Positions 28,353 through 38,536 of a stretch of 64,000 bases of DNA are shown in pieces. Source of the stretch: Minisyncoccota bacterium (GTDB lineage Bacteria; Patescibacteriota; Minisyncoccia; SW-4-49-11); the NCBI GenBank assembly GCA_032117235.1, contig JAULZW010000003.1, positions 2,798 through 66,797 on the forward strand. The letters are read 5' to 3'. Position 1 is the first letter of the stretch. Every line of letters begins with the position of its first letter. The notes beneath the pieces are model-generated. The model was not told the origin of the DNA. It saw only the letters and a list, made by a program, of their open reading frames with translations, and searched no databases. The position numbers and the translations under genes were made by a program.

Positions 28353-31145
28353 ATGTCTGAGATCAAAAACTTATATGAGATAATCAACACTCAAAAGCAA
28401 GGATTAAAAAACTTTAATCCTGAAATTTTTGAAATCCCAGATTATATTTCTAATAATTTGAAATATAGTTTTTTTGATTGGCAAAGGGAGGCTTTGGAGA
28501 ACTTTTTATTTTATCAAAATCCAAAATCAAATTTAGCTAAATCCCCTACTCATCTAATGTTCAATATGGCGACTGGAACGGGGAAAACTATGCTAATGGC
28601 GGCTTCTATTTTGTATTATTATAAACAGGGTTATCGGCATTTTATCTTTTTTGTGAATCAAAATAATATTGTTAGTAAGACAGAGAATAATTTTATTGCT
28701 AATTTGCATAATAAGTATTTATTTCAAGACAAAATTGTGATTGATAATCAGACGGTGGAGATTAAAAAAGTGGAGGCTTTTAGTGATAATCCGACTGGTA
28801 TTGAGATTAAATTCACTTCGGTACAAAAATTATATAATGATATTCATTTACAAAGAGAAAACCAGACTACTTTACCGGATTTATGGAATAAAAATATTGT
28901 AATGTTGGCTGATGAGGCTCATCATCTCAATACGGATACTAAAAAAGCGAAATTACAGACCGCTTTACTTGACACTGAACTGAACAATAAATCTAGTGAA
29001 AATGTGGTTGAAAAGCTAGGCTGGGAGCATACGGTGATTGAATTGATTTTGAATAAAAATAATAAAAAATCCACCCCGCTGTCTAAAGACAGCACCCCTC
29101 AAGAGGGGAATTCTAACTGTAATGTCTTATTAGAATTTACGGCGACTATTCCAGCTACTGCCAGTGTGGCGAAGAAATATGAGGATAAAATTATTTATAA
29201 ATTTGATTTGAAGCAATTTTTGCAAGCTGGGTTTACGAAGCAGATTAATCTGATTTCTTCTAATCTGAATAAGCGGGATAGAATTTTGCAGGCTTTATTA
29301 TTTCATTGGTATCGGCATAAAGTTGCTCTGGATGCTGGTATTCCTAATTTTAAGCCGGTGATTTTATTCCGTAGCAAGACTATTGAGGAGTCTAAGTATG
29401 ATTATGAGGAGTTTTTGGATATGATTCAGAATTTGAGTTTGGATGATTTACAATTTTTGGATTATATTTTAGAGAACTTTAAGTTTGCTAATCATAGTTT
29501 GTATGAACAAGGTAAGAATAGGACAGAGCAATTAGTAGATTATATTCAAGTTAATAAAATTAAAAGAAGTGAGATTATTGACTTTTTGAAGCAGAATTTC
29601 CAAGCTAAAAATGTGATTATTACTAACTCTAAGAGTAATAAAACTAAAAAAGAAAAAACTGATGAGGAAATAGATAATTTATTGAATAATTTGGAGGACA
29701 AAAATAATCATATTCGAGCTATTTTTACAGTGGAGAGATTAACTGAAGGTTGGGATGTGCTGAATTTATATGATATTGTACGGTTATATGAGGGGCAGAA
29801 TACAGGAGGGTCTTATCAGAAAGGTAATAAACCTCCTGAATCTACCACCAAAGAAAAGCAGTTAATTGGTCGTGGAGTGAGATATTATCCTTTTGATTAT
29901 CCAGAAAAAGAGAGGCATCGGCGAAAATTTGATAATGATACTCAAAAACGAGAGCGAATTTTGGAGGAGTTATTCTTTTATAGTATCAATGAAAGTAGGT
30001 ATATCTCGGAGTTAAAAACCGAGCTCAAGAGGGATGGGTTTATTGATGAGAATCGTAATATTAGAACCTTTGAATTGAAGGATAGCTTTAAGAAAACCAA
30101 TTTCTATAAACAGGTTAAAGTTTGGCAGAATAAAAAAATCCCGAATCCAAATAGACGGAAGAATACTCTAGCCGATTTGAAGCAAGATAAAAATTATTTT
30201 ATGTCTGCTTATCAGGTGCCAACTTATAGTGTAAGAGAAGACGGAGTGGACTTTGAGAAGGAGGAAAAAGAATATAGATTGAATCAAATGGCTAATCCAA
30301 ACTCTAACTTTGAGATTCCTTTAGCTAAGATGGAGAAACATATTTTTTATAAAGCGATTCATATTTTATCTAAACAAAGCAATTCTTTATATCGTTTTGA
30401 TAATTTGAGGCAAGAATTGAATATTGATAGTATGGAGGATTTGTTGCAAGCGGAGTTTTTGGGAGATATTATGATACCTTTTAAGCTACCAGCTAAAATG
30501 ACTTATCAGGATTTGGATAATAAGCATAAATTACAGGCAGTGATGCAAGTTTTGACTGATATTGAGCGAAGATTAGCGGAGTCTATTAGTGAATATATTG
30601 GTAGTAAGGAGTTTTATCCAAAGAGTTTGGAGAGTATTTTTGGAGCTCCGAAAGCTAAGGCGATTGACACTTTGAATGAGCATACCGAGATGGCTGAACA
30701 AAATGATTGGTATGTTTTGAATAATTTTGTAGGCACAGATCAGGAGCAGTCTTTACTGGAGTTTATCAAAAGCTCTATGTCTGAGTTAGAGCAAAAATAC
30801 GGTGAGATTTATTTATTAAGAAATGAAGAGGTGTATGGGATTTATGATTTTGACAAAGGTAGAACTTTTATGCCGGACTTTTTGTTATTTTTGAAAACTA
30901 AGGATAAACACAATGTAGGAGTGTCTAAGACGGAACTATACTATCAGGTATTTATTGAGCCAAAAGGTGCTCAATTAGCAACTTTGGATGCTTGGAAAAA
31001 TGACTTTCTAGCTGAAATTCAATATAATTATAAATTGGAGAATATAATTCAAGCTGAAAACTCTAATTATAGATTGATTGGACTACCTTTCTTTAATACT
31101 AATCTAAGTGCCGAGTTTAGAGATAAATTCTCAGAATTAATTTAA
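28353..31145 (+). CDS. res: Type III R-M restriction subunit Res
   Basis: MATGTGKT, DEAHH, EFTAT, EGWDV, QLIGRGVR; C-terminal FMPDFLLF...FIEPKG nuclease motif. Confidence 0.93.
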   Translation: MSEIKNLYEIINTQKQGLKNFNPEIFEIPDYISNNLKYSFFDWQREALENFLFYQNPKSNLAKSPTHLMFNMATGTGKTMLMAASILYYYKQGYRHFIFFVNQNNIVSKTENNFIANLHNKYLFQDKIVIDNQTVEIKKVEAFSDNPTGIEIKFTSVQKLYNDIHLQRENQTTLPDLWNKNIVMLADEAHHLNTDTKKAKLQTALLDTELNNKSSENVVEKLGWEHTVIELILNKNNKKSTPLSKDSTPQEGNSNCNVLLEFTATIPATASVAKKYEDKIIYKFDLKQFLQAGFTKQINLISSNLNKRDRILQALLFHWYRHKVALDAGIPNFKPVILFRSKTIEESKYDYEEFLDMIQNLSLDDLQFLDYILENFKFANHSLYEQGKNRTEQLVDYIQVNKIKRSEIIDFLKQNFQAKNVIITNSKSNKTKKEKTDEEIDNLLNNLEDKNNHIRAIFTVERLTEGWDVLNLYDIVRLYEGQNTGGSYQKGNKPPESTTKEKQLIGRGVRYYPFDYPEKERHRRKFDNDTQKRERILEELFFYSINESRYISELKTELKRDGFIDENRNIRTFELKDSFKKTNFYKQVKVWQNKKIPNPNRRKNTLADLKQDKNYFMSAYQVPTYSVREDGVDFEKEEKEYRLNQMANPNSNFEIPLAKMEKHIFYKAIHILSKQSNSLYRFDNLRQELNIDSMEDLLQAEFLGDIMIPFKLPAKMTYQDLDNKHKLQAVMQVLTDIERRLAESISEYIGSKEFYPKSLESIFGAPKAKAIDTLNEHTEMAEQNDWYVLNNFVGTDQEQSLLEFIKSSMSELEQKYGEIYLLRNEEVYGIYDFDKGRTFMPDFLLFLKTKDKHNVGVSKTELYYQVFIEPKGAQLATLDAWKNDFLAEIQYNYKLENIIQAENSNYRLIGLPFFNTNLSAEFRDKFSELI
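29069..29112 (+). repeat. Double-hairpin repeat copy F (in-frame in res)
   Basis: ATCCACCCCGCTGTCTAAAGACAGCACCCCTCAAGAGGGGAATT, read as STPLSKDSTPQEGN. Confidence 0.85.
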
Positions 31146-31155
31146 GGTTTAATCT

Positions 31156-32145
31156 ATGGCTGAACTATTCGCTTTTATATTCTTAATATCACTAGTTTGT
31201 TTGGTGTTGGGTTTGATTCGGCCAGCAATATTTACTAAGTTATTTCGTGATAAGCCTAAGAGGAAACAAACTGGAGTGCTTTTTGGGGTTTTGATTTTTA
31301 TTTCTATTGTTGTAATAGGGGCTAGTCCTGCTCCTGAGGTATCTCAAGATATAAAACCTGAACCAGTAGCGAAGACGGTGGAAACTACAGATGTCGCGCC
31401 TGCGGAGGACAATACTACTACTCCTGAGCCTGAGAGTGTGTCTGTGGTGCCTGTTTTACCAGCTCTAAGCCCTACTGAAGAGCAGTCTAGTATTCCACAG
31501 CCCGAGGTAAAGCAAGAGTCAAATTCTGCCCAAAATCCGACTAGAGATTTATTCAAAGTAACTGAAGTTGTAGATGGAGATACGATTAAAGTTAGTACGA
31601 TTGGGACATTGAGATTAATTGGTATAGATACTCCTGAAACAAGAGATCCTCGTAAACCAGTACAATGTTTTGGTAAGGAGGCTAGTAATAAGGCTAAGGA
31701 ATTATTAAGTGGTAAAAAGATATATCTAGAATATGACCCTGCCAACAAAATAGATAAATATGGAAGAACTTTAGCTTATGTTTATCGTGAAGATGGATTA
31801 TTCTATAATGCTGAGATGATTAAACAGGGGTATGCTCATTCTTATGTACAATTCCCCCACCCTAGATTAGATGAATTCAATACTTATCAGCAAGAGGCTA
31901 GAGAGAATAATAGAGGTTTTTGGGCGACTAATACTTGTAATGGAGATACTATTCAAGCCGTTTCGGTGAGTTCTAAAACTGCCATTCCCCTACCGATTAG
32001 CCATGAGATAAATAAAGATGGGTTTATCAAAGGTAGTTGTGCGAGTTTGATAAAATTAGGTTTAGGTAATTTTGAAAGAGGAGACCCTAATTATACTGAA
32101 TCCAGAGACCGCGATGAGGATGGTATTGCTTGTGAAATGAATTGA
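31156..32145 (+). CDS. Membrane-anchored thermonuclease with C-terminal Excalibur Ca-binding domain
   Basis: VVDGDTI, RLIGIDTPE, DKYGRTLAY; DRDEDGIACE. Confidence 0.9.
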   Translation: MAELFAFIFLISLVCLVLGLIRPAIFTKLFRDKPKRKQTGVLFGVLIFISIVVIGASPAPEVSQDIKPEPVAKTVETTDVAPAEDNTTTPEPESVSVVPVLPALSPTEEQSSIPQPEVKQESNSAQNPTRDLFKVTEVVDGDTIKVSTIGTLRLIGIDTPETRDPRKPVQCFGKEASNKAKELLSGKKIYLEYDPANKIDKYGRTLAYVYREDGLFYNAEMIKQGYAHSYVQFPHPRLDEFNTYQQEARENNRGFWATNTCNGDTIQAVSVSSKTAIPLPISHEINKDGFIKGSCASLIKLGLGNFERGDPNYTESRDRDEDGIACEMN

Positions 32146-32159
32146 GAATTTATATAACC

Positions 32160-32188
32160 TTGCAAAAAAGCTAATTCTATGCTATTAT
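32160..32188 (+). promoter_or_regulatory. Promoter of the rpsF operon
   Basis: TTGCAA-17 nt-TATTAT with extended TG. Confidence 0.55.
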
Positions 32189-32282
32189 CAATTTAATCTT
32201 TCGCCTAGTCCTTGATTGACCTAAGTTTCTAAATCTGAGTATCTACAGATTTAATGTCCATTTATTATTATTGTATAGAATA

Positions 32283-32708
32283 ATGTTATACGAAATCACT
32301 TATATCCTAAAGCCCGAGTTAACCAATGAAGAGCAGTCTAGTATTAACTCTAAAGTTGCTGATTTAATTCAGTCCCTGGAAGGAAGCACCAATACTACCG
32401 AAAGGACTTTTTCAGTAGAGAGGGGTGGGACTGATGAAAATAATCTTCGTAAATTTGCTTATCCAATTAAGCATTATAGACAAGGTTATTATTATACCAG
32501 TACTTTTGAATTAGAACCTACTAGGTTAAAAGAGTTAAACTCAACATTAGAAAGAGAAGCTAATATTCTAAGGTTTTTGATAGTAAAAGAATTTATCAAC
32601 CTCAGTGAGATACCTGTAGAGGAAAAGAAGGATGTTTCTAAAGAAGAAAAACCTTTAAAATTTGAAGGTAAATCTTATAAAGATAAGCAGTCAATCAAAA
32701 AAGATTAA
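32283..32708 (+). CDS. rpsF: 30S ribosomal protein S6
   Basis: YEITYILKPEL, RKFAYPIK, ILRFLIV; ATG at 32283. Confidence 0.92.
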   Translation: MLYEITYILKPELTNEEQSSINSKVADLIQSLEGSTNTTERTFSVERGGTDENNLRKFAYPIKHYRQGYYYTSTFELEPTRLKELNSTLEREANILRFLIVKEFINLSEIPVEEKKDVSKEEKPLKFEGKSYKDKQSIKKD

Positions 32709-32726
32709 TTATTAACACCAAATTAT

Positions 32727-33203
32727 ATGTATCTTAACAAAGTCTATCTTATCGGTAATCTAACTCAAGATCCTGAGTTCAAAGCTTTACCTAGTGGTTC
32801 ATCAGTTGCTAACTTTAGTTTAGCCACTAATAGAACTTGGACTGACAAGCAAGGACAGAGACAAGAAACTGCAGAATATCACAATATTGTGTCTTATGGA
32901 AAGCAAGCTGAAACCATGAGTCAGTATTTAAAAAAAGGATCTCTCTTGTTTGTGGAAGGAAGAATACAAACAAGATCTTGGGAAGCTCAGGATGGACAAA
33001 AAAAGTATAGAACTGAAATTATAGTAGATACATTTCAATTTGGACCGAAAGGATCAGGTGCAGGGAATACATCTAGTCAACCAAGGTCAGCAAATACAAA
33101 TAATTCAAGCTCTAAACCATCTCAAGTCAGCAATCAACAGGAGGATTTACCAACTGTTAACCTAGATGAAGATGAAATTGACTTAGAAGAAATTCCATTT
33201 TAA
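32727..33203 (+). CDS. ssb: Single-stranded DNA-binding protein
   Basis: LNKVYLIGNLTQDPE...EEIPF tail. Confidence 0.97.
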   Translation: MYLNKVYLIGNLTQDPEFKALPSGSSVANFSLATNRTWTDKQGQRQETAEYHNIVSYGKQAETMSQYLKKGSLLFVEGRIQTRSWEAQDGQKKYRTEIIVDTFQFGPKGSGAGNTSSQPRSANTNNSSSKPSQVSNQQEDLPTVNLDEDEIDLEEIPF

Positions 33204-33221
33204 TTAATTAACTATATACTT

Positions 33222-33443
33222 ATGCGAAATAACAAGAAGAAAGTTCCTAAAGTATGCTATTTTAGCACTAATAATGTAGATATAGACTACAAGGATGCAA
33301 TTACCTTAAAAATGTTTATAACTCCTCAAGCTAAAATAGTATCATCACGAAGAACTGGTACTAGAGCTGGACACCAGAGAAATCTATCTAAAGCTATGAA
33401 AAGAGCTCGATTTTTATCAATTATCCCTTATGTAACCAGATAA
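33222..33443 (+). CDS. rpsR: 30S ribosomal protein S18
   Basis: IDYKD...RRTG...HQR...KRARFL..IPY. Confidence 0.95.
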   Translation: MRNNKKKVPKVCYFSTNNVDIDYKDAITLKMFITPQAKIVSSRRTGTRAGHQRNLSKAMKRARFLSIIPYVTR

Positions 33444-33447
33444 ATCT

Positions 33448-33717
33448 ATGCCTATTACAAAATCCGCTATCAAAGCACATCGACAATCACTTAAAAAGAA
33501 TGCCGAGAATAATATAGTCAAAAAAAGACTAAGATCTACTGTTAAAGAATTTGTAGGTTATTTATCTACAGATGCTGATAAGGCTAAAGAGTTAATTCCT
33601 AAACTTTATAAAGCAATTGATAAGACTACTAAAAGAGGGATCTTGAAGAAAAACTCCGCTGCCCGTAAGAAATCTCGACTCACAGCAAAGCTTAATCAAG
33701 CATTAGCTGAGAAATAA
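33448..33717 (+). CDS. rpsT: 30S ribosomal protein S20
   Basis: MPITKSAIK...IDK...KNSAARKKSRL. Confidence 0.95.
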   Translation: MPITKSAIKAHRQSLKKNAENNIVKKRLRSTVKEFVGYLSTDADKAKELIPKLYKAIDKTTKRGILKKNSAARKKSRLTAKLNQALAEK

Positions 33718-33729
33718 GCCCCTCATTTA

Positions 33730-33759
33730 AAAAGCTCTCATTATAATCTGGGAGCTTTT
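33730..33759. terminator. Terminator between rpsT and holA
   Basis: AAAAGCTCTC...GGGAGCTTTT. Confidence 0.55.
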
Positions 33760-34784
33760 TAGGTTACATACCCTATCCCCAACTCTTTTAGCTTATCATA
33801 GGGATTCTTACCTTCAAATTTGATAGTATAATCTCCTTCGATGAGGTCTAGATATATTTTTTTTAAGTCTTGAGACTTCCAATTACGGATATTTTGGGCG
33901 GTTATTTGTAAAATATATGGATTGCCTTTAACATAATCAGTATATTGATGTCCTTTTTCTTGAGCTAATTTTATAATCAAAGCTGTTTTAATTTGGCTTA
34001 TAAATAATCCATACAAAGCTATTCCTTCTATGCCCATTTGTTCTAAATTTTTCAAAGCAACTAAATACTCTCCGTAATGCTGTCTATATATGTGATCCGC
34101 TAATGAAAAAACACTATCTGTACTTTCTTGTAGTAGTATAGATTGTATCATTGAGATTGTTATATTTTGTGTCTCTCCATAATAGTTATAGAGTTGATTA
34201 AATATAAACTCTATTTTATAAAAATCTATTCTAAACATAGATTTTTGTGATTTAGATTTATTGCCAATTTTTTCTAAATAGCTTTTATGTTCCTGCTTCT
34301 GATAGTTTAATAAATACATAATAGCCTCTCTTGAAATATCTATTCTTTGATCCAAACTCATTTGATGAATATAAGCTATTGCTTTTGACTCTGGTAAATA
34401 CTCGTATTGAGTTATTTTGGCTTTAAGATCTATTAAAACTTTTGTTAATGGATGAGTTTTTGGTATGTTATCTGTATCATAAAATAGCACAATGATATCT
34501 GGACTATCCTTACAATGTTGTAATGTTTTCTTAACTTTAGTGTGTAAAGTCTTAGGTAAAGCGATTAAGTCTTTAATAATAATCAGTCTTTTGTCTACAA
34601 ATAAAGAGCTTGTATTAAAACTTTGCTTTAATCTAGCCAATAGAGTCTCTTCGGTATCTGGCAATTCAATATCGTTAAAAGAAAATATTTCTTGTTTAGC
34701 TTGTTTTTGCAGACCAAGTTTTTGAATAGATTTTAGTTTCTCCCTAGAGCGATAAGTATCTGGTCCTGAAATAGATATAATCAT
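33759..34784 (-). CDS. holA: DNA polymerase III delta subunit
   Basis: GPDTYRSREKL, SLFVDKRLIIIK, VFSLAD; adjacent to rpsT. Confidence 0.75.
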   Translation of the reverse strand: MIISISGPDTYRSREKLKSIQKLGLQKQAKQEIFSFNDIELPDTEETLLARLKQSFNTSSLFVDKRLIIIKDLIALPKTLHTKVKKTLQHCKDSPDIIVLFYDTDNIPKTHPLTKVLIDLKAKITQYEYLPESKAIAYIHQMSLDQRIDISREAIMYLLNYQKQEHKSYLEKIGNKSKSQKSMFRIDFYKIEFIFNQLYNYYGETQNITISMIQSILLQESTDSVFSLADHIYRQHYGEYLVALKNLEQMGIEGIALYGLFISQIKTALIIKLAQEKGHQYTDYVKGNPYILQITAQNIRNWKSQDLKKIYLDLIEGDYTIKFEGKNPYDKLKELGIGYVT

Positions 34785-34814
34785 AAATACTTAGTTCTAT
34801 ATAAATGTTAGGCT

Positions 34815-35954
34815 TTAATTTAACTCCCATTTTAAACTTTGGTTTGGCTCAATTACTTGTATAAAAGTCTGTCCTGGTACTAATAACATCTCTTGTCCGT
34901 CTTCTGTCCCATAAAATCTCAAAGTATCTTTAAACCCTTCTTTTTTCCAGGTTATATTTTTCTCTTGTCCATTGTGATAAATTTTACCTTCTCCTGCACC
35001 ATAAATTGAAACTTCATTGTACTGGCCTTCGATCTGTTTAGAAGAAGCTCTCATTACCACAATATTTTTAGACTTAATCTCAGAGTCTTTATTACCTCTA
35101 TCTAAATCTTTTTGTCCAGACCAATATCTGGTGTAGGTATTGTCATCTTTATTGTATTCCCAGCTAGTAGCAAATATGCCTCCAAATCCAACATATAGCT
35201 TGCCATTTTTAGCATTAGATTTTTGATCTTCAATAGATTTTTTATTCAAGAATTTATATCCTTCCAAATTAGATTCCAGAGCATACCCCCTATCTTTAGC
35301 TAATTCAATAACTTTTGGCAAGGAAACAAAGCCATTATGTGGAGCTGGGATGGTACTTTTTCTGAAAAATGGGCCGCTTGAAGACAAAGCGTCAATGTCT
35401 GCAATTTTACCTAAATCTTCTCCAGTATATCTTTTACCAGTCTTAAGCTCATCTAGTGCAAAATGTGATCCTCCCCAATGAATATACATAGCATCCCAAC
35501 CTCTAACTAAACTAATATAATCATGTCTAGCACTACGAATTGAACCTACTTCATCTGGTAGATTACAGACAAAAACCCCCATCAATCTAGTTACACTACC
35601 CGTAATTACAGGCATCTCAACCACAATTTCAGCTTGACTTAATCCTGATAATGGCCTAGCTACTGCATCTCCTGCCATCATCACAGCCACTGGTCTTTGT
35701 TTATAATTATCACATTGTACCCCGGTTAAAGGACTAGTATTGCTTAATTTTTCTTCACTAGGTTCCAAAACATTGTCTAAGGAGCTTACTTCTTGTGTTT
35801 GTTTTGAATCAATCTGAACTTGATCCTTGTTATTAATTCCGCTAAAAGCATACACTACCAATCCAATAATGCTAAATCCTATAAAAAACGCACCGACAAC
35901 TATGTATTTTTCTTTTTTGGTTAATGTATCCCATCTTTTTAAGAATGTCTTCAT
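34815..35954 (-). CDS. DUF3048 family membrane-anchored protein
   Basis: SPLTG, RPVAVM, ARPLSGLSQA, GSIRSAR, HWGGS, APHN. Confidence 0.85.
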   Translation of the reverse strand: MKTFLKRWDTLTKKEKYIVVGAFFIGFSIIGLVVYAFSGINNKDQVQIDSKQTQEVSSLDNVLEPSEEKLSNTSPLTGVQCDNYKQRPVAVMMAGDAVARPLSGLSQAEIVVEMPVITGSVTRLMGVFVCNLPDEVGSIRSARHDYISLVRGWDAMYIHWGGSHFALDELKTGKRYTGEDLGKIADIDALSSSGPFFRKSTIPAPHNGFVSLPKVIELAKDRGYALESNLEGYKFLNKKSIEDQKSNAKNGKLYVGFGGIFATSWEYNKDDNTYTRYWSGQKDLDRGNKDSEIKSKNIVVMRASSKQIEGQYNEVSIYGAGEGKIYHNGQEKNITWKKEGFKDTLRFYGTEDGQEMLLVPGQTFIQVIEPNQSLKWELN

Positions 35955-35958
35955 ATCT

Positions 35959-36342
35959 TTATGGAATTAATTTATTAATTTTAGAGACTATTTCAGTAGG
36001 AGAGTAGTGCGATTTAACAATATAATCTACAGCCCCTAGTTTGAGACATTCCATAATTTTATCTTGTTCACTTAAATTACTCATAATAATAATTTTAGGA
36101 CTGTAACTATCTGTTTTTTTCTCATTAAATTCAGATAATATTTCTAGACCTGTTTTGTTTGGTATCATTAAATCTAATAAGATGATGTTATATTTTTCTG
36201 ATAAAAGTTTATTCAGACCATCTTGTCCGTCTGAAGATTCTGTAACCTTATACTTAGACTCTCTAAGCTTTATACTCACCAATTCTCGGACAAATATATC
36301 ATCCTCTATAATTAGCAATGATTTTTTATTTTGTTCTGGCAT
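35959..36342 (-). CDS. Single-domain response regulator
   Basis: IIEDD, LLDLMIP, SNL, GAVDYIVK. Confidence 0.9.
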   Translation of the reverse strand: MPEQNKKSLLIIEDDIFVRELVSIKLRESKYKVTESSDGQDGLNKLLSEKYNIILLDLMIPNKTGLEILSEFNEKKTDSYSPKIIIMSNLSEQDKIMECLKLGAVDYIVKSHYSPTEIVSKINKLIP

Positions 36343-36463
36343 ATTATGTTAATTTATTATTAATTTGATTATAACATATTTTATAAAAATACAATAGTTT
36401 ACATTATCAATGTATTTATTTTAATAATTGTAATCCCCAAATTTAATGATATAATAGTAATAT

Positions 36464-38497
36464 ATGAATTTTAAAATCTCATCTCACTATACACCTAAAG
36501 GAGATCAACCTCAAGCTATTGACAAGCTAAGTAACGGATTGTCTCAAGGGAGAGTTCATCAAACCTTACTAGGAGTGACAGGATCCGGAAAAACCTTTAC
36601 CATGGCTAATTTGATTGAAAAATATCAAAAACCCACCCTTATTATTTCCCATAATAAAACTTTAGCGGCTCAATTATATCAGGAGTTTCGTGATTTTTTT
36701 CCAGAAAACAATGTACATTATTTTGTTTCTTACTACGATTATTACCAGCCGGAGAGTTATTTACCTTCATCTGATACTTATATTGAGAAAGAGTCAATGA
36801 CTAATGCTCAGGTAGAGAGATTACGGCATGCGGCTACCCAAAGTTTATTGTCAAACCAAGACACAATCATAATTTCATCTGTATCTTGTATTTATGGTAT
36901 TGGGTCTCCAGAAGATTATGGTAATTTATCTTTAATAATAGAGGTTGGCCAAAAAATTCTAAGGGATGACTTTATACGAAGTTTGATTGCTATTCAATAT
37001 AGTCGTAATGATATTGATTTTAAACCAGGATGTTTTCGAATTAAAGGAGATGTTGTAGAAATTCATGAACCTGGAGAAAAAAGGTTGGTTAAAGTTAGTT
37101 TTTGGGGAGATACTATTGAGACTATTTCTTATAATGAATATCAGGATTCAATTTTAGAACAACTACCTGCAAAATATATAGATGGATACAGGGTTTTTCC
37201 AGCTACTCATTGGATTTCTACAAGGAGCAAGGTTGATAATATGATTCCTTTGATTAAAGATGAAATGTTACAGAGAGTAGATTTTTTTAAAAAACATAAT
37301 AAATTAATAGAAGCTCAAAGAATTGAAGAAAGAGTAAATTATGATGTTGAAATGTTATCTGAAGTAGGTTTTACAAAAGGTATTGAGAATTATTCTAGAT
37401 ATTTGACTGGACGAGCTCCAGGAGAGCCTCCCTACACTCTAATTGATTATTTTCTAGAAGCTGATACTAATTTTCTAACTTTAGTTGATGAATCTCATAT
37501 TACTTTACCTCAAATTAGAGGTATGCATAATGGGGATGCGGCACGGAAAAAGAATTTGATTGACTTTGGTTTTAGATTGCCATCAGCCGCTGATAATAGA
37601 CCATTAAAATTTTATGAGTTTGAGTCTAAAATCCCCCATATAGTCTATGTTTCTGCCACTCCTGGAGAATATGAATTAACTCATTCTACGGATAGTTTAA
37701 TTCACTCAATTCCTGAGTTACAAAATTTTAAAGAATTGCCCGAAGGGATTGCCGAGCAAATTATTAGACCTACTGGACTCTTAGAGCCTAGTATTGAAAT
37801 TCGTCCTACCGATAATCAGATTCAAGATGTGATTGATGAAATTGGTAATGTTATTATCAAAGATGAGCGAGTTTTAATCCTAACTTTAACCAAAAGAATG
37901 GCTGAGGATGTTGCGGACTTTCTGAAAGAAAAGAATATTAAAACTGAATATTTACACTCAGATATTGACACCTTAGACAGACCTGAAATTTTGACCAAAT
38001 TAAGACAAGGTGAATTTGATGTTTTAGTTGGAATTAATTTGTTACGAGAAGGTTTGGATTTACCAGAAGTATCTCTGGTGGCAATTCTAGATGCAGATAA
38101 AGAAGGTTTCTTGAGAAATGAAACTTCTCTGATTCAGACTATTGGTAGAGCGGCCAGACATAAAAATGGAAAGGTTATTCTTTATGCAAATAAAATTACA
38201 AAGTCTATTGACCGAGCTATTGCTGAGACAGATCGTAGGCGAGCTATTCAAATGAATTATAATGCTAAACATAATATTGTACCTGAGGGGATTAAAAAAG
38301 ATATAAGATCAAGTATTGTAAAGGATAAGAAAAAAGAACTGCAAGAACAAAAGGTTGCAGCTCTAGATATATCTGAGCGAGAATTTATGATAGAAGAATT
38401 AACTAAACAAATGAATCAATCAGCTAAAGAATTGGATTTTGAGAGGGCAAAAGATTTAAGAGATGAAATTACTTTGATTAAAAACCTAGAGAAATAA
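36464..38497 (+). CDS. uvrB: Excinuclease ABC subunit B
   Basis: GDQPQAI, LGVTGSGKT, FVSYYDYYQPE, DESH, UVR tail. Confidence 0.98.
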   Translation: MNFKISSHYTPKGDQPQAIDKLSNGLSQGRVHQTLLGVTGSGKTFTMANLIEKYQKPTLIISHNKTLAAQLYQEFRDFFPENNVHYFVSYYDYYQPESYLPSSDTYIEKESMTNAQVERLRHAATQSLLSNQDTIIISSVSCIYGIGSPEDYGNLSLIIEVGQKILRDDFIRSLIAIQYSRNDIDFKPGCFRIKGDVVEIHEPGEKRLVKVSFWGDTIETISYNEYQDSILEQLPAKYIDGYRVFPATHWISTRSKVDNMIPLIKDEMLQRVDFFKKHNKLIEAQRIEERVNYDVEMLSEVGFTKGIENYSRYLTGRAPGEPPYTLIDYFLEADTNFLTLVDESHITLPQIRGMHNGDAARKKNLIDFGFRLPSAADNRPLKFYEFESKIPHIVYVSATPGEYELTHSTDSLIHSIPELQNFKELPEGIAEQIIRPTGLLEPSIEIRPTDNQIQDVIDEIGNVIIKDERVLILTLTKRMAEDVADFLKEKNIKTEYLHSDIDTLDRPEILTKLRQGEFDVLVGINLLREGLDLPEVSLVAILDADKEGFLRNETSLIQTIGRAARHKNGKVILYANKITKSIDRAIAETDRRRAIQMNYNAKHNIVPEGIKKDIRSSIVKDKKKELQEQKVAALDISEREFMIEELTKQMNQSAKELDFERAKDLRDEITLIKNLEK

Positions 38498-38536
38498 AAT
38501 TAATAAACAATATTTTATACTTTGTGTTATAAAAGA

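Noticed and set aside
24249-29112. Hairpin repeats as a CRISPR array or as simple terminators
   Set aside because: Irregular spacing, mixed orientation, no cas genes, no T-tails, and three copies lie inside ORFs
37670-37760. Roughly 15-aa insertion in UvrB before AEQIIRPTG as another repeat insertion
   Set aside because: No palindromic or GC-rich DNA; looks like an ordinary variable loop
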